Positions 1 to 63,254 of a DNA stretch of 64,000 nucleotides are shown here, in pieces. The position numbers were made by a program, and so were the translations under genes. Position 1 is the stretch's first letter. Every line of letters begins with the position of its first letter. The notes beneath the pieces were generated by a model. It did no database searches. It saw nothing but the letters and a program-made list of their open reading frames with translations, and was not told where the DNA came from. This stretch comes from Chrysomallon squamiferum. Taxonomy: Eukaryota; Animalia; Mollusca. The stretch lies in NCBI GenBank assembly GCA_012295275.1, contig CM022667.1, forward strand, positions 2,728,001 through 2,792,000, in the 5' to 3' direction.

Positions 1-79
1 AACTATAATCCATATATCTATATCTATGATCTATATCTATCTATATATGTGTGTGTGTGTTTGTGTGTGTATGTATGTT

Positions 80-123
<44 letters not shown>

Positions 124-215
124 AATATGAAATCTGCATCTCTAGTGTATCGAATAAAATCTTGTATCCCACAAGTGTTTTAGAATCTGTAACAAAATGT
201 AGCACAGTTCTGTAC

Positions 216-49435
<49,220 letters not shown>

Positions 49436-49464
49436 ATCGAGGCTGTCTCCTACAGGTTTAAAAA

Positions 49465-49541
49465 CTCTGATAAGAAAAACACGGTTCCGTTTTTATAGTC
49501 ACGTCTTATCTTTTGGTCTCATTCGATTGTTGACGGATTGG
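49465..49541 (-). promoter_or_regulatory. Gene A core promoter: TATA box, Inr-like TCAG, CCAAT box
   Basis: TATAAAAA at 49497-49490 lies 29 nt upstream of the A (49468) in TCAGAGT; CCAAT at 49541-49537; GATA motifs nearby. Confidence 0.68.
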
Positions 49542-51625
49542 TGTTGCGTTGTGGAACGTTCTTATCTGAGTGATATGGCGCAAAAAAAGAAAAAAAAAAG
49601 ATATAAAAGGAAAAAAAAGAAAAAAAAAAGAGGTATGATGATTATATGCAATAATGCAGCGATCTAAATTGAAAACTGATTATACAAACGTTTTTGGTTT
49701 TTGGTTTATTGGAGTATATTTAATTTTTGTGTATGGTTTCCTGTTTATTGTTGTTGTTGTTGTTGTTATTATTTTTATTGTTATATTTATTATTATCGTT
49801 GTTCTTGTGGTCGTCGTCGTAGTTGTTGATACAGACGATCCACTTTTTTTGCGCATATACGGTTCCAATACGGTGCCGAAGTGACGTATTTTTTTAGCTT
49901 ATACATATTCATAATTTGAAATCCCACCAACAGATACTACTAAGCATTTCTAAAATACATTCAAGTCACATTGACCAAAATATTCTCTCGTTGCCACAAT
50001 AAGCATACAATTTACTATACGGTTTTTTTAATTTTCTAAATCCCCTTAGTCAGAACCACGATTGCGACAGATTATGTTATTATTATTATTTCATACTTGT
50101 TGTTTTTCTTACCATAAGTTTGACTAAGGATTTGTTAGGATCATTTAGGAGCTGTTAGAGTAACTAAGGAGCGATTTATTTGTTATTTATTTATTTATTT
50201 ATTTAATTATTTATTTATTTATTTATATTTATTCATTCACTTATTTTTATAGTTTTTAATTTTTAATTTTTATTTAATTTTTTTTTTTAATTTATATATA
50301 TATATATAATTTTGTTGTTGTCGTCGATGTTATCTATTCCTGACGGTGTCTGTTTGGTTGTCTCTCTTTTTATCTCTGTCTAACATACATTTAATTATAT
50401 AACAGAGCAGTATGATACATATACATATATTATAAAGATTTATCTTCTCATTTTAATCTCCACTTATCTCCACCTCCCCCTCACCAGATGTCACTTTTCA
50501 CACGAAGTAAAATGCGCAGAAGTTTACTGATATGAATGAAGTCAAATGAATGGAAGAACAAATTGAGTAACAGACGAACGAACGCAAAACCGATCAAATG
50601 AATAAATAAAGATTGATGAATGATTTTTATAAAGGACCGATGATTGAATGAATGAATGAAGGACAAGGCTGACGGGGTAAATAAATCAAGAAAAGAAAGA
50701 AAAGAAGGAACAAATGATCGAATTAAGAATTTTTACGTATGAAGGAAACATTAAAAATAATGGATGAAAAAACGGAAAGACAAGGGGTGACAAAGACGAA
50801 TTAAAATGTGTTTTAATGCTTTGAGATTTTTGTATTTTGATCTGAACATAATTTTACAATGAAAGATTCACAAAGACATTTATTGCCATCTTTCTAACAA
50901 TAGGCGACGTAATCAGTAACAGCAAGGAATCTTTTACCCGCACTTTACGTTTGACACACACACAAAAAATGTAACAGTTAGTATGTTTGTCCGTCAACTA
51001 GTTTATTGATTTTTTTATTTTCTTTGTTTCTTCCTTTCTTTCTTTCTTTCTTTTTTAAAATTGTAGATCAAATATTCTTTATGTTTGTGCGTTCGTTTGC
51101 TCATTTGTTTATATGTATATATGTGTGTGTGCGTGTGTGTGTTTTGTGTATGTGTTTGTGTAGGCAGATAGGTATATTACAGGTATAAATGTAGATATAT
51201 GTTTATTTATTTACTTGTGATATCAAAAACAGATAATACTGAAAAAGAATATGGCCACATTCACTTCAGTATTTCACCTACAAGAATTACTTTTAAGTTG
51301 GCGTCTGTAAATAAAACAATAAACTGGACAGAAAGAAATATCGCAAGTAATATTCTACAATTCCAAAAGAGCGTTACATTTGTTTCTGGAAACAGAGCTT
51401 TCGATTAAAATATATTATAGAGAATACTCTCCGACTTACGTGTAGAGGTCTTTCTACGATTCTTGTGTAAGTCGAAATATACACATAGCTTATTCTGTAC
51501 TTGTGGGCTTCAAAGAAGTAACAATATTAATTATTTAATTATAAAAAAATGTTTTTAAAAAACCCACGGTAAAGCTAGGTAATTTGAATATGCCTATGTC
51601 GGGGAGCGTGTATGTTATAATATGT

Positions 51626-51661
51626 TGACGTCACTATGTAAACGGTTTAGTTATGACGTCA
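51626..51661. promoter_or_regulatory. Pair of perfect CRE palindromes (TGACGTCA) upstream of gene A
   Basis: 51626-51633 and 51654-51661; another at 52866-52873. Confidence 0.3.
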
Positions 51662-51731
51662 CTCCATTGTTAAGCACTGCGGAGTTCGCCTGACGGTAGT
51701 TTGATCATCTTGATGTTAGAAATACATGAAG

Positions 51732-51768
<37 letters not shown>

Positions 51769-52053
51769 AAACAGCAACCTGAAGTAAAACTAGAAACAGA
51801 GAACCACTTCAGTAAGTTATTCATTTATTTATTTTATTTATTAATTTATTTATTCATTTTGTTGTTGTTATTTTTAATATTTCTTTTTGTTATTCTTTCG
51901 AATGTCATTATTATTATTATTATTATTCCTCTCTTTTAATTTGGTCTCACTGTGCTATAGTATGTGTGTATGTATGTGTGTATGTATGTGTGTATAAAGT
52001 TCAATAAAATTATATATATAGTTGTTAATAAGAGAGATAACACACATCTGTGT

Positions 52054-52104
<51 letters not shown>

Positions 52105-52427
52105 GTTTTTTGCCTAATGAAGAAAGTAGGAATATGTTGACATCTTTTTTCCACTTTTTTGTTGGATTGACGTCCTGCTACTAAACTATATTTAAGAATT
52201 AGAAATCTAAATCACAATTTGTTACTGGTATAGTACAATGATTTTAGTTCAACAGAGTTTACTCAAGATTATTATTAAGCAAATTTTACAGTAATATGGC
52301 AATGAAAAACAAGAAAAAAACGTTTCTGATCCGATGCAGTTTTACATAGCACATGAAAATAATGAATTTTTAGTCGTTTATTTTTGAAAGAATGTTTTTT
52401 TTTTTTAAATAATAATAATAGTAACAA

Positions 52428-52489
<62 letters not shown>

Positions 52490-53250
52490 ATAATAATCTT
52501 TATTTAACAAATAATTGTGGGTGTTTGCCGGTGAATCAGTAAATTTGATCCCCACGTGACAATCGTTCCGGTTTTCATGATTTGTTTAAATGTTGTTTAT
52601 AAAATGAAGATCTTCTTCTGGATTTGTTTCAACATACTCTGTTATGTTTGGAAAGATACACAGTTACCCAACTTGTAGAAAATTAAATGGTTTACAAAAT
52701 AACCTGAAATTTATTTGCTCTGTATTACGTCATAATGTAAAACGTATTTTATTGTTGTAATTTTATTTGACACACATATGTTAATAAATAATATACTCTC
52801 TTGCTGTTGTACTAAATGACAAAGAAAAAGAAGAAAAATGTTTTGCACCTCTGAAACAGTTTATATGACGTCATATAGCACGTCATATATGACCATCGAA
52901 CTAAGAGAAGAGGAAATCTGCTGGTGCCAAGAGGTGTGTAGTAGTCTTAAATGAGCAGTAACTCTTCGTACGCATTTTCCCAGATTCCAAGAAAATACGT
53001 AAAATGGGATTAGAAATGGCAGATGGGGCGCAAGAACGATAACTCCCGAATTACTTTTCATAAATTTAAACTTACACCGAGTGAGAACAGCACAAACACG
53101 AATTTATTAACATATAGCGAAAAAGGAAAAAAAAAAAAAAAAAAAAAAAATACAAACAAATAATTAAGAGAATAATACTGAGTGACATTTCTACCAAGGA
53201 TATATATATATATATATATTTTTTTTTTTTAAATAAAACAAAAACGAGAG

Positions 53251-53256
53251 TTTATT
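53251..53256 (-). terminator. Candidate polyadenylation signal of gene B
   Basis: AATAAA about 130 nt after the TAG stop. Confidence 0.5.
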
Positions 53257-53385
53257 ATTTATATATTATTTATACAGCCATATGAAGAGAACATGAATTC
53301 ACAGATATTGCAGATTGCTCTTGTATATATATTGTCTGTACATATATGTAACAGAATTGTTTTTTAATCAGTGACTTATGTGTGT

Positions 53386-53512
53386 CTATTCCTGCTTGTA
53401 TCCTGGTGGGTAGTTGATGATGTATCCGGGTGGGCACGTGGGTACACGGCAGCATTTGCCCGGTGGTGGGTCGGCCAGATGACAGTCGTTAGGAAGAGTC
53501 CATTGCAGACAT
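53386..53512 (-). CDS. Gene B terminal exon, VWC-like C-half plus stop
   Basis: CLQWTLPNDCHLADPPPGKCCRVPTCPPGYIINYPPGYKQE*. Confidence 0.88.
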
Positions 53513-56500
53513 CTACAAGGCAGAGCATTTTGTAAAGTAAAAAATTAGAGAAAAAAAAATGGGTAAAATAATAATAGTTCTATTATTATTATTATTATTA
53601 TTATTATTGGTATTTTTCATTATAGTTATTATTATTATTATTATAATTATTATTATTGTCATTATCATTATAATTATTATTATATTATTATTATTATTAT
53701 TATTATCTTTATTATTATTATTATTGTCATCATTATAATAATAATAATAATTACTCTTATTGTTATCATCATTATTATTTTTATTATTATTATCATTATC
53801 GTTATCATTATAATTATAATTATCATTATAATTATCATTATTATTATTATTATCATCTTCTTCTTATCGTTGTCATCATGGCTGATACTGATGACGCAAC
53901 TATTGTAGGTCATTATCGTTATTATTATTCACGTTGATACTATTGCTGTTGTCATATATATATATATATAAAAGATCTAACAAATAAAAAAGGAGCTAAC
54001 CTTGTTTTGCACTGATAAAATCCTGTTTTGCCGTCCACGCATCTGCAGGTGTAGTCGCAGCCATCGTCCCAGGTGTCGCCCTCTTGGTAAAAGCTGTTGT
54101 GGTAGTAGCAGCCGCCTGGAACACAGCAAACCATTTTAGGATGACTCCTTTAGACTTACACTTTTTGTTAAAACTGAGATGCATCTACTTTAATACTACT
54201 GATACCGTTGTTCTACAGAAGACTAGAATGCACTACATTCATGAAGATCACTGACAACTCGTTTTAACTGGTCTCTCTAACTCGATAAACACAAAAAGTT
54301 CTATTTTCTCTTAATTATTACCTCGATCATAATCATATTACGTCAAGTACAGTAATTAAAATGTGACGCAATTTTACTTGTAGCTTCCTTTGTTACATTT
54401 ACTGGATAATATTTTAGTACTAACTTTACGTTTATTTGAGACAGAAAAAAAATTCGATGAATTATAGATGAGTAAAAATTTTGTTTTAATTCAGCAGTCG
54501 CTGCAGTAGAGGCGACTGACATACCGTGGTGGTTGTTGTTGCAGACTGCCTTGGCACAACAGGCACCTGGCGGTTTTACGAGCGTGCAGAATTTTGGCGC
54601 AGCCACAACTTTGCATCTGAAAAAGAAACATTCGTTTACCAAATCGAACAGAAATTGTACTGAACCAACAGAATCTTTCATCAATACACTGTTTACAGAA
54701 ATCTCAACTGTTACAAAATACTTATTAGTTTTATGATGTCTAGTGGAGATTTCACAAAACACGTTCACCCTTTACAGAATGCTGATTTCAGATAATGCGC
54801 TTGTTCAAGAATTTTATGATATTTTTTAGTTTAAACAAAGTTCAGTTAGCGTGGTTACAAAAAACTATGATAATATAACCATGTTAATTGTGTATGGTTA
54901 CAATGTTTACTGAATGTTGTTTTATAATACTAAACAGACTGCTTACAGAGTGTTAAATAATACTGGTTACAGAAAACTGTCATACAGACTGGTTACAGAA
55001 TGTTCATTGTTCTTGGTTACAGAAAACTATCATAATGTTAGACAATGATTATAAAACGTTGAATATGAATGATTAAACAATTTACTGTATGAAGCTAAGA
55101 AACTGGCTGCAGAATGATCATTTATGCTTGGTTACCGAAAAATTATTATTGTGCTTGGTTACAGAAAACTATTATCATTGTGCTTGTTACAGAAAATTAT
55201 AACTGTGGTTGTTACAGAAAACTATCATAGTTCTTGGTTAAAGAAAACGATCATATGCTACACAGACTGGTTACAGAAAACTATCATAGTTCTTGGTTAA
55301 AGAAAACGATCATATGCTACACAGACTGGTTACAGAAAACTATCATAGTTCTTGGTTAAAGAAAACGATCATATGCTACACAGACTGGTTACAGAATGCT
55401 TACAGCTGGTCACAGTGGTAAAAGTTGGTCTGTTCATCGACACAGGTACAGTTGTAATCACAGCCGTCTTGCCACGTGTCACCTGTGTTGTATTTCTTTC
55501 CTTTGTACTCACACTTCAGAGCTGTAAAATAAAAACCTGTATTGCACATCTAGCTAACTGCCACATCGCCCAGACCTTCGTATAACTTATACAAAGTTTT
55601 GAAGAATGACGTATATAAAAGATTCGTACAAGTATTAAGTTCTATCTCTCAACCTGTTATTGTGTCTTAGTAAATATAATGTATTTAACTATGTAAAAAT
55701 GTGATTGAGATGGTATTCAGTACATATGTCTTTGTTTGAGAGAAACCATTGGTATTTCTATGAACGTTAAAGAAAGGTAACGAATATAGGCAGTAATATT
55801 TATCCTAAAAGACCAAAGACATAAATATAATTTAAATATAACCGAATTTTCAGCAGTTACTAAACATATTTTATTTAGTACAATTGTTTCTACAAATACA
55901 AATCTGTTACCAGTCTCTGCAATGTATTAGCTAGTAATACTGTTGTTGATTTTTTTGCTGTTGTTGTTATGGTCATTGTTGCTGCTGTTGTTGTTTTCTT
56001 TACCAAAAGGATATTAGTTATATTTATGCGGTTATCTAATTAAGATAATAATAAATAATTAACATAAATTTAATAGAACTAATTAATAATTAGTATAATT
56101 AATTTAATTCTAATATAACTTACGTTGTTTGTTTGTATTGTTGCCATAGCCTGAAAAATAAATATTGATAAAAGTGAAATAGTATTAACAGGTGACGTTA
56201 ACAAATACTTGACTCATTAGCTTTTATTGGTTAAAATGAATAATATAGTTTCTGTTAACGAGATTATAGTTCCTGTAAATAACACAGTTTCTATCAATTA
56301 AAAAATATGTCGGTGTGGTAGCGACTTCACATTTCTGAATTAATGCATGTATGCATATATGTGTGTATTTGTGATTGTGTATGTTTATGTTTGTGTGTGT
56401 ATGTTGAGATAAAAATAAGTGTATGTGTTTTCGTGTGCGTATGTTAATATATACGTGTGTCTATGTGTACGTGTACATGAATACAGCCATTTGGATGTGT

Positions 56501-58268
56501 AGCATGTGTTTATGCTGAACTATGTGATCATAGTTTTGTCATGAAAAAGCGTAATAAACATGGGATCAGACTTATCGAGTCTGACTAAATCTAATTTTCG
56601 CAAACAACTGAGCAGATTGTGATGCTTTGAGCGAAAATGGAAGTAGTCTTTTTTTTTATTTAAAGCGAGAAGTGTCAAGAAGAAATACAAGAACTGCAGA
56701 ATGCAGTGGGAATATCGAGTCTGACATACGATAATAAAATAAATTTAAAACAACTATAATAATGACAAGAAGGAGAAGACGTAGAAGAGTAGTAGTAGTA
56801 GTAGAAGAAGAAGAAGAAGAAGAAGAAGAAGAAGAAGAAGAAGAAGAAGAAGACGAAGAGACACACACAAATATAAAAACATTATTTAAAAGCTCACAGT
56901 TTCCTCCGTGTCCCGTAATTAACATCACGTCTCCTTTTCCTGGATTTGCTGAAAACACAACATAAACACTGCTGTTAAAATTTTCACTTCTGTATAAAAC
57001 ATACTTTCAACATATAAATATAAAGCACTGTTGCTGCTTTCTGTATTCCATGAACTACTAATAAAAAGAAGCTAGTTTTGGAAACCTTTTCCCTTCTGAG
57101 AATTTTGCTTATTTTAAAGCATTTGTCCGGTGGATTCCTGTTTACTGATAAATATGTTAACTGAATAAGCATATTTTATTAATTTAACAACAAACTTGTT
57201 TTCCAAGTGTCATGGCTGAGATGTGTGTAACTGAATATGTAACTAAGTTTGTCGACTGCATGGGTTCATGATCCATCGTTAGGAACCACTGTTCTGAGTT
57301 ATCATTAAACAGAAGTAGGTTTTAGGAAATATTACCTGTATATCCCCATCTCATCTTGGTTCCTGTGTTGGAGTAGAGGAAGAGCGGTTTCGAGGTCGAT
57401 CTCTCGTAGAAGCAACTTCCTTTTGTGGATATCATGATCCAGCCCGTCTGGTCACATCCGGTTCCGCTGGAACTGCTTGCGTAGAATTCACGTCCTCGAG
57501 ATGTGTCACTGTAAACACAAACAACAGTTCCAGACTAAACAGTTCCAGACTAAACAGTTCCAGACTAAACAGTTCCAGACAAAACAGTTCCAGACAAAAC
57601 AGTTCCAGACTAAACAGTTCCAGACAAACACGTGAACAAAAGTTCAAAGTTGACTGATATGTTTTTCCTTGTTTGTCCTTCAGGATAGACAAATACACTG
57701 AACAGAATTTGTGTATGACAAAAATATTTTTTTTTAATAAAATGTAACCAAATTATAACTAAAAATACCTCTATTCAATCATAAAAAAATAATGTTTTAT
57801 GCAGAAAAAAAGGTAAAAACATTTTTAATGTTTTTAGATTTTTGTTAATGAACTGTTGACCTACATTACTAATTTTTCTGCGATAACAGTCTCTGGAACG
57901 GCTTTTTTTACAATAATCTCTAGAATGACTTTGTAACTAGTTCTGAAACTAACCCACTGAGAACTGTTCAGTAAAAAAAGCTCTTTTACACATTCTAGAA
58001 TTACCCTGTGACAAATATCTTTAGAATGACACTGTAATTACTATAGAATTCTGATGTGAAAGACATCTCTAGAAAAGCACTATAACTAACAGAAGAGTGA
58101 ACGAACCCTCTGATGCTGAAAATATCGTGTGGAGCAGTTTTTATGTCGGAGAAAGTTGATGACATGATTCTGCTTGGATCCATCCAGTTCATCTTTGTTG
58201 CTCCTTTAGCGTTGAATACAATATTAGCTGTTTCGTTGCCGTTTTTGTAGATGGACAGTTTAATCTGC

Positions 58269-58304
<36 letters not shown>

Positions 58305-61238
58305 ATTCTTTGCAAACTGTTTAGTAAAGAATAATAGTTAAACTAATTATATCAAGATTAAAAGCAAAATAATACCTTTTTTGAAGCTGGGAAGTAATTC
58401 CGAAAAAAAAAAAAAACAAGAATATGAAAGGGAAATTAAATTTGTCATTGGTCAAACTGTTTTGAATTACCTATTTACAACAGTTTGCATGTTCGTATGT
58501 TTATTTTTTTTTTTTTTAATTGATGAGTTTGTTACACTATCTGAATGAGTATTCATATTGGTATAGATACAAATATACACAGAAACACATAAAAAAAACA
58601 ACATGATATCACACAAAATCACACAACATTCTATAACAAAAAGTAAAACGATGTGAATAACGTGACAGTGTACCACAAACAATGTCACATAACACAGTTT
58701 TTAAAAATGACCTCATCAAAGTCGCATTTATCCCAGTGGTTGCTGGCATCGGGTTTGTAATGTCCTTTGAAATGGTTGGTCAGATCCTGAGCTTTTGGCT
58801 CATTGGTGTTCATGGTTCCAGAACCAGACCACAATTTGTACAGATCACCGGGTGCGCCCGCCACACCCTTCAGCAGTATTGTCCACCCTGAAATTTCAAG
58901 AGTAACTATTAAAACAAGTGTTAAACGTTACAGAAGTAATACTTGTCAGCATGAAATTAGATTAGTGTACAGTTAACATATATATATATATATTTGTTTG
59001 TATGTGTATGTATGTGTGTAGGTGTAATAGACCTAAGTATTCATTCTAGCTCCTTATTATAAAATTTAAATAAATTCTTTAAGTTCATATTTTCTATAAA
59101 GAATATTTTCTTCTTTTTTTTTTTTAATTGATTTTAAAAGTATACGTTTATGATCAAACACAGTGACTGATTCCACTAAACTTTAATTTGAAAAGTAAAA
59201 TTTTTTTAATTTTTTTTCTGTTTGTCATTACGAATTGTCTGAGATAATTATATATAAAATTTCTTGAAAGTTGAATACATTTCTGCTTTTAAATTTTGTA
59301 TATTAGTTTTTGTTGTGTAATCTGTCCGACAGCTTAAATTATTGTTGTACTCCTAGTTAGGAAATTTTAGTCAACATACAGACAAATAATTAAATAAAAT
59401 AACACATCATTAAACATATTACAAATGTAGAGATATTATTATCATTTAATTAACACACTTTATTGAAAATCACAACTAAACTAAAATATCTTCTAAAATA
59501 AAAAATAAAAAATTTGCTTCAAATATAAATTAAACAAGACATTATTCCAAAATTAAAGAAAAAATTAATTTCAAAAATAAAGTGTATCAACAAAATTTAA
59601 TTTAAAGTTATGCATAAAATTTTTAATTTATTTTAAAATTATAAAATAACTTTGCCTGAGAATGAACAAAACTCAGGATTTAATCTGATAAACAACAATA
59701 AGATTATAATATAATAAACATGAACTAGAGTTAATTTAATATACAAAAACAGTATTCAGTCTTATACAAGATTAAATCTAATAAACAAAAACAGTATTTA
59801 ATCTAATACACAAAAACAAGATTTAATGTAATATACCAAAACAGTATTTCATCTAACACAAACAAGACATAACATAATATACAAAAACAATATTTAACCT
59901 TATGCCAGATTAAATCTAACAAACAAAATCAAGATTTAATTAAGATGCTAATGTTTTACCTTGACTACCTGTCGAACCCCAGATGCTTCCCACACCATTA
60001 ACAAGTATGCCATGAGGAGGTAAAGTGCCAGAAATCCCACCTCCGATAGCACCCACCGAACCACCTGGGTACAGAGAAAAGACGGAGAAGAGTCAGTGAA
60101 AATTACTTACCATTAAGAACAACAGATTTTTAATAAATGGCACAGAAAGAGAAAATGGATGAAAGAATAGTTTGACAAAGAGATCTATTTTAATTAAATT
60201 TTTTTGACTGAACTAAACAGTATATAATATCTTTCTGAACACTCTAGTTTCAGTTTTAAGCAATAGTTCATCATTCCTAGACCTTACACATTGCCGATTT
60301 TCGACAACGCTTTTCTTTGTTTATACTACAGAGTTTCCATTTTCGATAGTTTCTAGAAGTTGTAAATTCTCGATTTTTAGATAATGCTATCTTTATTTGT
60401 AGGCGTAATAAACTCTAGTATTGTCAGCAGTCTTATTTCTTACTGTAAAATTCTTGTTTTTTTTTAAAATATTATTTCTTTTTTAGGATTAATATGCTGT
60501 CGTTTTTCAAAAATCTTAATTCCTACTGTTAACCATTGATTTAAAATGTTTAAGTTAAAACGTTCTCTTTGTCAGTCTATAACAGGACAGCATTCTGACA
60601 TGCAGAGTAAACAGACAATTCTATTAACACAAAGTAAAAAAAAATGCATTACGTGTTACATTACACACTTTAACATCACGTCATGTCATATCATGTTACG
60701 TTACGTCATAAAATGTTAGGTCATTTTGGGTCATATCTTGTTACAATGAGAGCAAAAATGTTTTGAGCTCAATACATAAGCGCCGACAATCACGCGCATG
60801 AAATAAGGGCTTTTACATTTCCTCACATCGACTTTCTTAGCGTTGCACGTGCATCATTGCTTGCACAAGAACGTGATTTTTCGTCGCGTTTTACCAGTGC
60901 GATTTCAGGAAGACATATTTCAGTTCTGACGAAATTATTCCAGTTAATACTAAGCGTTTTTCCAGTTTTTCCGTTTTGTCCTGAAGTCATCAAAAATTAA
61001 TATTAATAGTCTTTTTGGCGACAGTGGGCCGTGTTAATGTTTAATAATAGTGGCCATCAAAATTAGAATCTTCGAACTTTCCGTAGAGACGATACGGCTT
61101 CAAACCTTTCATCTGTTACTACTATCTAAAGATAGGATGGTTGTATAGAATTTAATGTTTTTGGACATGAGAAACATGGTCATTTTGGCTGAGCGTTTTG
61201 ATCGAAAGAAATCTCCAAAGACCGAACTGGTGTAACGT

Positions 61239-61296
<58 letters not shown>

Positions 61297-62270
61297 GAGA
61301 TTTGGCCAGCGATAACGCTCAAAATGGTTGCGTAAAACGATGCGACAAACGCATTCGGTCTTCGCGTGATTGTCTCGTCTCTATACCACGGCAAAACCAC
61401 GACTGGTGTGGAACGGTGTTAATGCGCCATGATAAAATAGAACACTGAAAACTGAAAAGCAGCTGTTCTTAAGGTTGGTGTTTGTTTTTATATAAATACA
61501 CTATTTTGAAGGTTGATGTCTCCTAGGTTAAATTTTATAGCTATGTCTTGTTATCTCATGTTGTTATGTTTGTTTTGTCATATCACGTTTTCTTTTTATA
61601 TCATGTTGCATTATGTTATACGCGTATCTTGCTATCTCATGTTGTCATCTTTTACCTGTCATATAATATGACGTCATTTCATATTTTCCTGTTATGTCAT
61701 CCTATACCATGTTATGCCATATTTATGTTTTGTCATTTATGTTCGTCATATCATGATCCGTCATATTATTATCATAATCATCTTAAATAAAGTCATAAGA
61801 TGTTCTGTCGTATTATCTCATAATCATCTTAAATAAAGTCATAAGATGTTCTGTCATATTATGTCATAATCATCTTAAAGCCATATTACATCTGTCATAC
61901 CATTTTAAATAATCTCAAACAATTATGATGAACCATGTTATGTCATGTAATTTTGACAGCACATTTTAAATTCATTTGTCTGTTTTTGTTTTTTGTTATC
62001 ATAATGTAAGGATGCATGAACGTAATTATACAAAGACAAGGGTGTAAGAGGGTTAACATGCCTTTGTTGGGGTTTGGGGGGTTTTTTGGCTTGCGTTTCC
62101 CCAAAACCTTTTACACGCTACCTGCCCACGTGAAGAAAACAGAAGTTTATTGAATTTACTCTACCAGCAGAGTTTGCTGTTGGTATTGGAGACGCTGTGG
62201 TGGCCATGCCTGCATACAACATACAAGTTACAATTTATTATACTGCGTCATATGGAAATATATAAAATAA

Positions 62271-62313
<43 letters not shown>

Positions 62314-62764
62314 AAATAGAAAGAAATAAATAGAATGAAAGAAAAAAAAAAAACAAGAAAAACAAAAACCAAACCATTTTCGTACCACAAATTCCACATG
62401 TGGCGTTACAGTTGATTTTTGCCCATTCCAAATATGGCTCCTTGCACGACGAGGCGCCGTAGTCCACGCAGTTTGGCAGCTTGTCTTTGCACAGCGGACC
62501 AGTGGCCTGTCCCGATGATGACGATGATGCAGCAGTTGTAGTAGGTGCTCCAGTTGCTGCAGTGTCAATTGATTTTGTAAAATTTGTTTTTAAAATGTGT
62601 ATATCAATGGTATGTGAGCATGTACCTCTATGTGTAGATGTTTTATGAATGTTTGTTTGTGTGTAAGGGTGTGTTTTTAATGTATGTATGTATATATGTG
62701 TCTGTATGTATGTATATATATGTCTGTCTGTCTGTCTGTCTGTATGTATGTATATGTAAGTATG

Positions 62765-62799
<35 letters not shown>

Positions 62800-63184
62800 G
62801 TGTGTCTATGTGTGTATATGTATGTATGCGTGTATATGTATGCATGTATTTATTTATGTATGTATGTGAATATCTGTTTATTTAAGTATATAAATACGTA
62901 TATGTTTGTGACGTATGAGTATTGGCATGTATTCATTTGAAAAGTATGTTATATCTTTAAAAGAATTTAAAGTCATGTTGGATAAAATAAAGAGAAGTGA
63001 AATCTGTACTCACGACAGTAGTTACAAAATCGCATGCAGTTTTCTCGGGCCCATTGTTCGTACGCGCCTTTACACGTGTCTTTTCCAAAGATGTCGCAGT
63101 TTGGAATTTTGTCCACACAGGAAGCAGATGGAGTCGTGACATCTAAATAAAGAAAGAAAATTATACAAATATTAATATACTTTC

Positions 63185-63254
<70 letters not shown>

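Noticed and set aside
49436-53385. Genes A and B as one continuous gene
   Set aside because: Gene B has an in-frame TAG and AATAAA. Gene A has its own promoter elements and signal peptide.
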